A stretch of 63,806 nucleotides of DNA, counting the filler, from Octopus bimaculoides (lineage: Eukaryota): the NCBI RefSeq assembly GCF_001194135.2. It is 7 parts of 6 records of this genome, joined end to end, with 100 filler letters (N's around TTAATTAATTAA, not from the genome) between each part and the next. Parts side by side here need not be neighbours in the genome. Positions count along the whole stretch, not along the records: positions 59,379 to 63,806 come from NC_068995.1; 6 more parts are not named here. The stretch is one strand, 5' to 3'. This document shows positions 60,610 through 63,806 of this stretch, in pieces. Numbering within the stretch: the stretch's first letter is position 1; every line of letters starts with the position of its first letter. The notes below the pieces were generated by a model. It was not told the DNA's origin. It saw only the letters and a list, made by a program, of their open reading frames with translations, and did not search any database. Position numbers and translations under genes: made by a program.

Positions 60610-61000
60610 ATTGGTGTACTAGTATGTGTGGAAGTGTGAATATATATATATATATATGTATATACATAGAGAGAGATATATGTGTGTGCGTGTGTCTGTG
60701 TGTGTGGAGGCGTATATATGTGCATTTATATATATTTATATGTAAATACGTATATGTGTGTGTGTGTTTCTCTGTGTAAATATATATAAAAATATATATC
60801 TTATACACACACACACACACACACATATATACACACACACACACACACACATATATATTCATACATGCATACATGCATATATAAATATGTATATATATAT
60901 ATATACATACATATACATGCATACATACATATATATATATATAAATATGTATGTAGATAGAAACCGACAGAAAGACAGACAGATAGACAGAAAGACAGAC

Positions 61001-61032
<32 letters not shown>

Positions 61033-61522
61033 GGATAGAATTTATAGTTTTAGTAGTTCAATATATTAGTTCGATATGTACGGGTGTTTATGTCTGCAAC
61101 TGTAAGTGAATGTGATAATAATAGACAGAAGTGTTGACAATTTTTAAAGCTGCTCGTAAGAACTGAACCTGTACACAGCTGTTGACAAGTCTTCCAGCCG
61201 TGACCACAGCGTCTCGATAGAGTTTATAGATTACACAGTTCTTACCAAATTGTGATTTTCGAAAAAGTGGCAGACCAAGAGCCGTCCTATGCTTCTTGCT
61301 TCTCATTGGATCGTACGTGTATGTAGAATTAGATGCGTGTGTGACTGGGTGCATAGCTTTGAATGTACATATTTACATACATATGTACACATATATTTAC
61401 TACATCTATCTATCTATCTATCNNNNNNNNNNNNNNNNNNNNNNNNNNNNNNNNNNNNNNNNNNNNNNNNNNNNNNNNNNNNNNNNNNNNNNNNNNNNNN
61501 NNNNNNNNNNNNNNNNNNNNNN

Positions 61523-61556
<34 letters not shown>

Positions 61557-61656
61557 TGTATGCATGTATAAATAGATACAAATACATATAAGGATTCATA
61601 CACACACAGACACACATATATATATACAAACACATATACATAAAAATATAGATATA

Positions 61657-61910
61657 CATCATCATCATCGTCATCATTGTCATATAACTTCCGTGGTCCT
61701 TGCTGACATGCGTTGGACGGTTTGACTGGTGCTGGGAAGCTGGAAGGCTGCACCAGACTCCAGTCTAATTTGGCATAGATTCTACGGCCGGATGCCCTTC
61801 CTAACGCCAACCACTCCGAGAGTGTAATGGCTGCTTTCACGTGCCACCGGCACGGGCGCCATTTGCGTGACTCCTGTATCTGCCACGGCAGCGGTTTTCT
61901 TCGGCGTGAT
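61657..61910 (-). mobile_element. Family N SINE
   Basis: GGATGCCCTTCCTAACGCCAACCACTCCGAGAG and a (CAT)n tail on the + strand. Confidence 0.7.
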
Positions 61911-62165
61911 GGGTCATATATTTATATACATATATACACATACACACTCATACATATAGTGAGAGAGAGAGTTGTATATTTATATATAACTATATACACG
62001 CATGTATGCATATATATATATATACAGACACGTATATAAATATTTGTATTTATATGTATGTATACACACACACATAGATATTTACAAATATATATATAGA
62101 GAGAGATGTATGGATAGATAACTTTCTTTTATTAGCCACACAGGGCTGCACACAGAGGGGACATG

Positions 62166-62233
<68 letters not shown>

Positions 62234-62275
62234 TATGTNNNNNNNNNNNNNNNNNNNNNNNNNNNNNNNNNNNNN

Positions 62276-62334
<59 letters not shown>

Positions 62335-63019
62335 ATGTGTGTGTATATGTGTATGTGTATATATACATATATATACATGTACGTATGTATATTCTATGTA
62401 CATACATACACACATATAAAGTATATGTAAAAATATGCACATACACACACATATCGTGTAATATAATTAAGAGAACGCTGTTATATACCACGCTTAATTT
62501 AAATATATTCTGATTACATCCGGTGATATAAATATCACTGAAATAAATTTTCACATTCGCCTTACGTCCCGAAAGCCGATACTCAGAGTCTTGTACAGAA
62601 GATAGACAATCAGTTTCGGTTTTATTACGCATACACATGAAAGTTTATACAACATACATATACACGCACATACACGCACGCACACACCCACATGTACACA
62701 CGCACATGTACTTGGGTGGGTGGGTGNNNNNNNNNNNNNNNNNNNNNNNNNNNNNNNNNNNNNNNNNNNNNNNNNNNNNNNNNNNNNNNNNNNNNNNNNN
62801 NNNNNNNNNNNNNNNNNNNNNNNNNNNNNNNNNNNNNNNNNNNNNNNNNNNNNNNNNNNNNNNNNNNNNNNNNNNNNNNNNNNNNNNNNNNNNNNNNNNN
62901 NNNNNNNNNNNNNNNNNNNNNNNNNNNNNNNNNNNNNNNNNNNNNNNNNNNNNNNNNNNNNNNNNNNNNNNNNNNNNNNNNNNNNNNNNNNNNNNNNNNN
63001 NNNNNNNNNNNNNNNNNNN

Positions 63020-63316
63020 TGAGTGTTTATGGAGCGAAGACACCTAAATTTCCACGAGGCTCAGGCCGAGGGTGGTGGCGAACCTTGCTGTATTCTTTCA
63101 CCACAATTTTCTCTCACATTTTCTGCTGCACCTGTATTATGAAAGGACTAGCCTTGTCACACTCTGTGTCATGCTGAATCCCCCCGCCCCTGAGAACTAC
63201 GTTAAGGGTACACGTGTCTGTGGAGTGCTCAGCCACTTGAACGTTAATTTTACGAGCAGGCTGTTCCGCTAATCGGATCAACTGGCAACCTCGTCGTCGT
63301 GACCGAGGAAGTGCCA
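63020..63316 (+). mobile_element. Family O SINE (head lost in the gap)
   Basis: GAGAACTACGTTAAGGGTACACGTGTCTGTGGAGTGCTCAGCCACTT body; AGTGCC end. Confidence 0.8.
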
Positions 63317-63435
63317 TGTGTAATTATGTCTATGTGTGTGCTTCTGTGTGTCTCTGTGTGTGTCTGTCTATGTGTATATATATATGTACGTATGTATATA
63401 AACATAGTGGACGACCTAAGATGATAATGCTATAC

Positions 63436-63665
63436 GCGGAGAGTTGGCAGAAACGTTAGCACGCCGAGCGAAATGCTTAGCGGTATTTCGTCTGTCTTTA
63501 CGTTCTGAGTTCAAATTCCGCCGAGGTCGACTTAGCCTTTCATCCGTTCGGGGTCGATTAAATAAGTACCAGTAACGCATTGGGGTCGATATAATCGACT
63601 CAATCTCTTTGTCTGTCCTTGTTTGTCCCCTCTATGTTTAGCCCCTTGTGGGCAATAAAGAAACA
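63436..63665 (+). mobile_element. Full-length family M SINE
   Basis: Same tail type as 8966-9202 (CCTTGTTTGTCCCCTCTATGTTTAGCCCC). Confidence 0.85.
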
Positions 63666-63806
63666 AAAATACAATAAACAACAACGCGTAAATATTCGAT
63701 TAAAAATTCTTTGTATGGCAAAGGCTAATATTTGTGCGCAATTATTTATATCCTTATAATCTGCTTCGAGATCCACTATTCCAAAATTTAATTACATGTG
63801 TGTATA

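Noticed and set aside
295-63806. Dozens of ORF-track entries rich in YI, CV, HT, MY or X
   Set aside because: They are translations of TA, TG and CA microsatellites or of N gaps.

Overview
Repeat-dense, AT-rich animal DNA with many assembly gaps. The SINE families, microsatellite load and IL-17-like gene point to an octopus (inference). One host gene is well supported: a secreted IL-17-like cytokine (main exon 44894-45418, +). It lacks one whole disulfide of the cystine knot and has a candidate 11-codon upstream exon. The rest is nested mobile-element debris: two Chapaev3-type DNA transposons, a deleted mariner, a DD36E Tc1, a Helitron remnant, a decayed Ty3/gypsy pol, solo LTRs, RTE and CR1/L2 LINE pieces, a Penelope GIY-YIG fragment with a nearby minimal hammerhead-like motif, hAT and Tc1 MITEs, and about 30 tRNA-derived SINE copies from at least five modular families. 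Notable structures include MITE-like elements with telomeric-repeat cores, a MITE enclosing a tRNA-like module, several long fold-back palindromes, and a head-to-head SINE pair on a palindromic target. Almost all ORF-track entries are microsatellite or gap artefacts. Coordinates were read by eye; boundaries of degenerate repeats may be off by several bases, and family names rest on remembered motifs, not searches.
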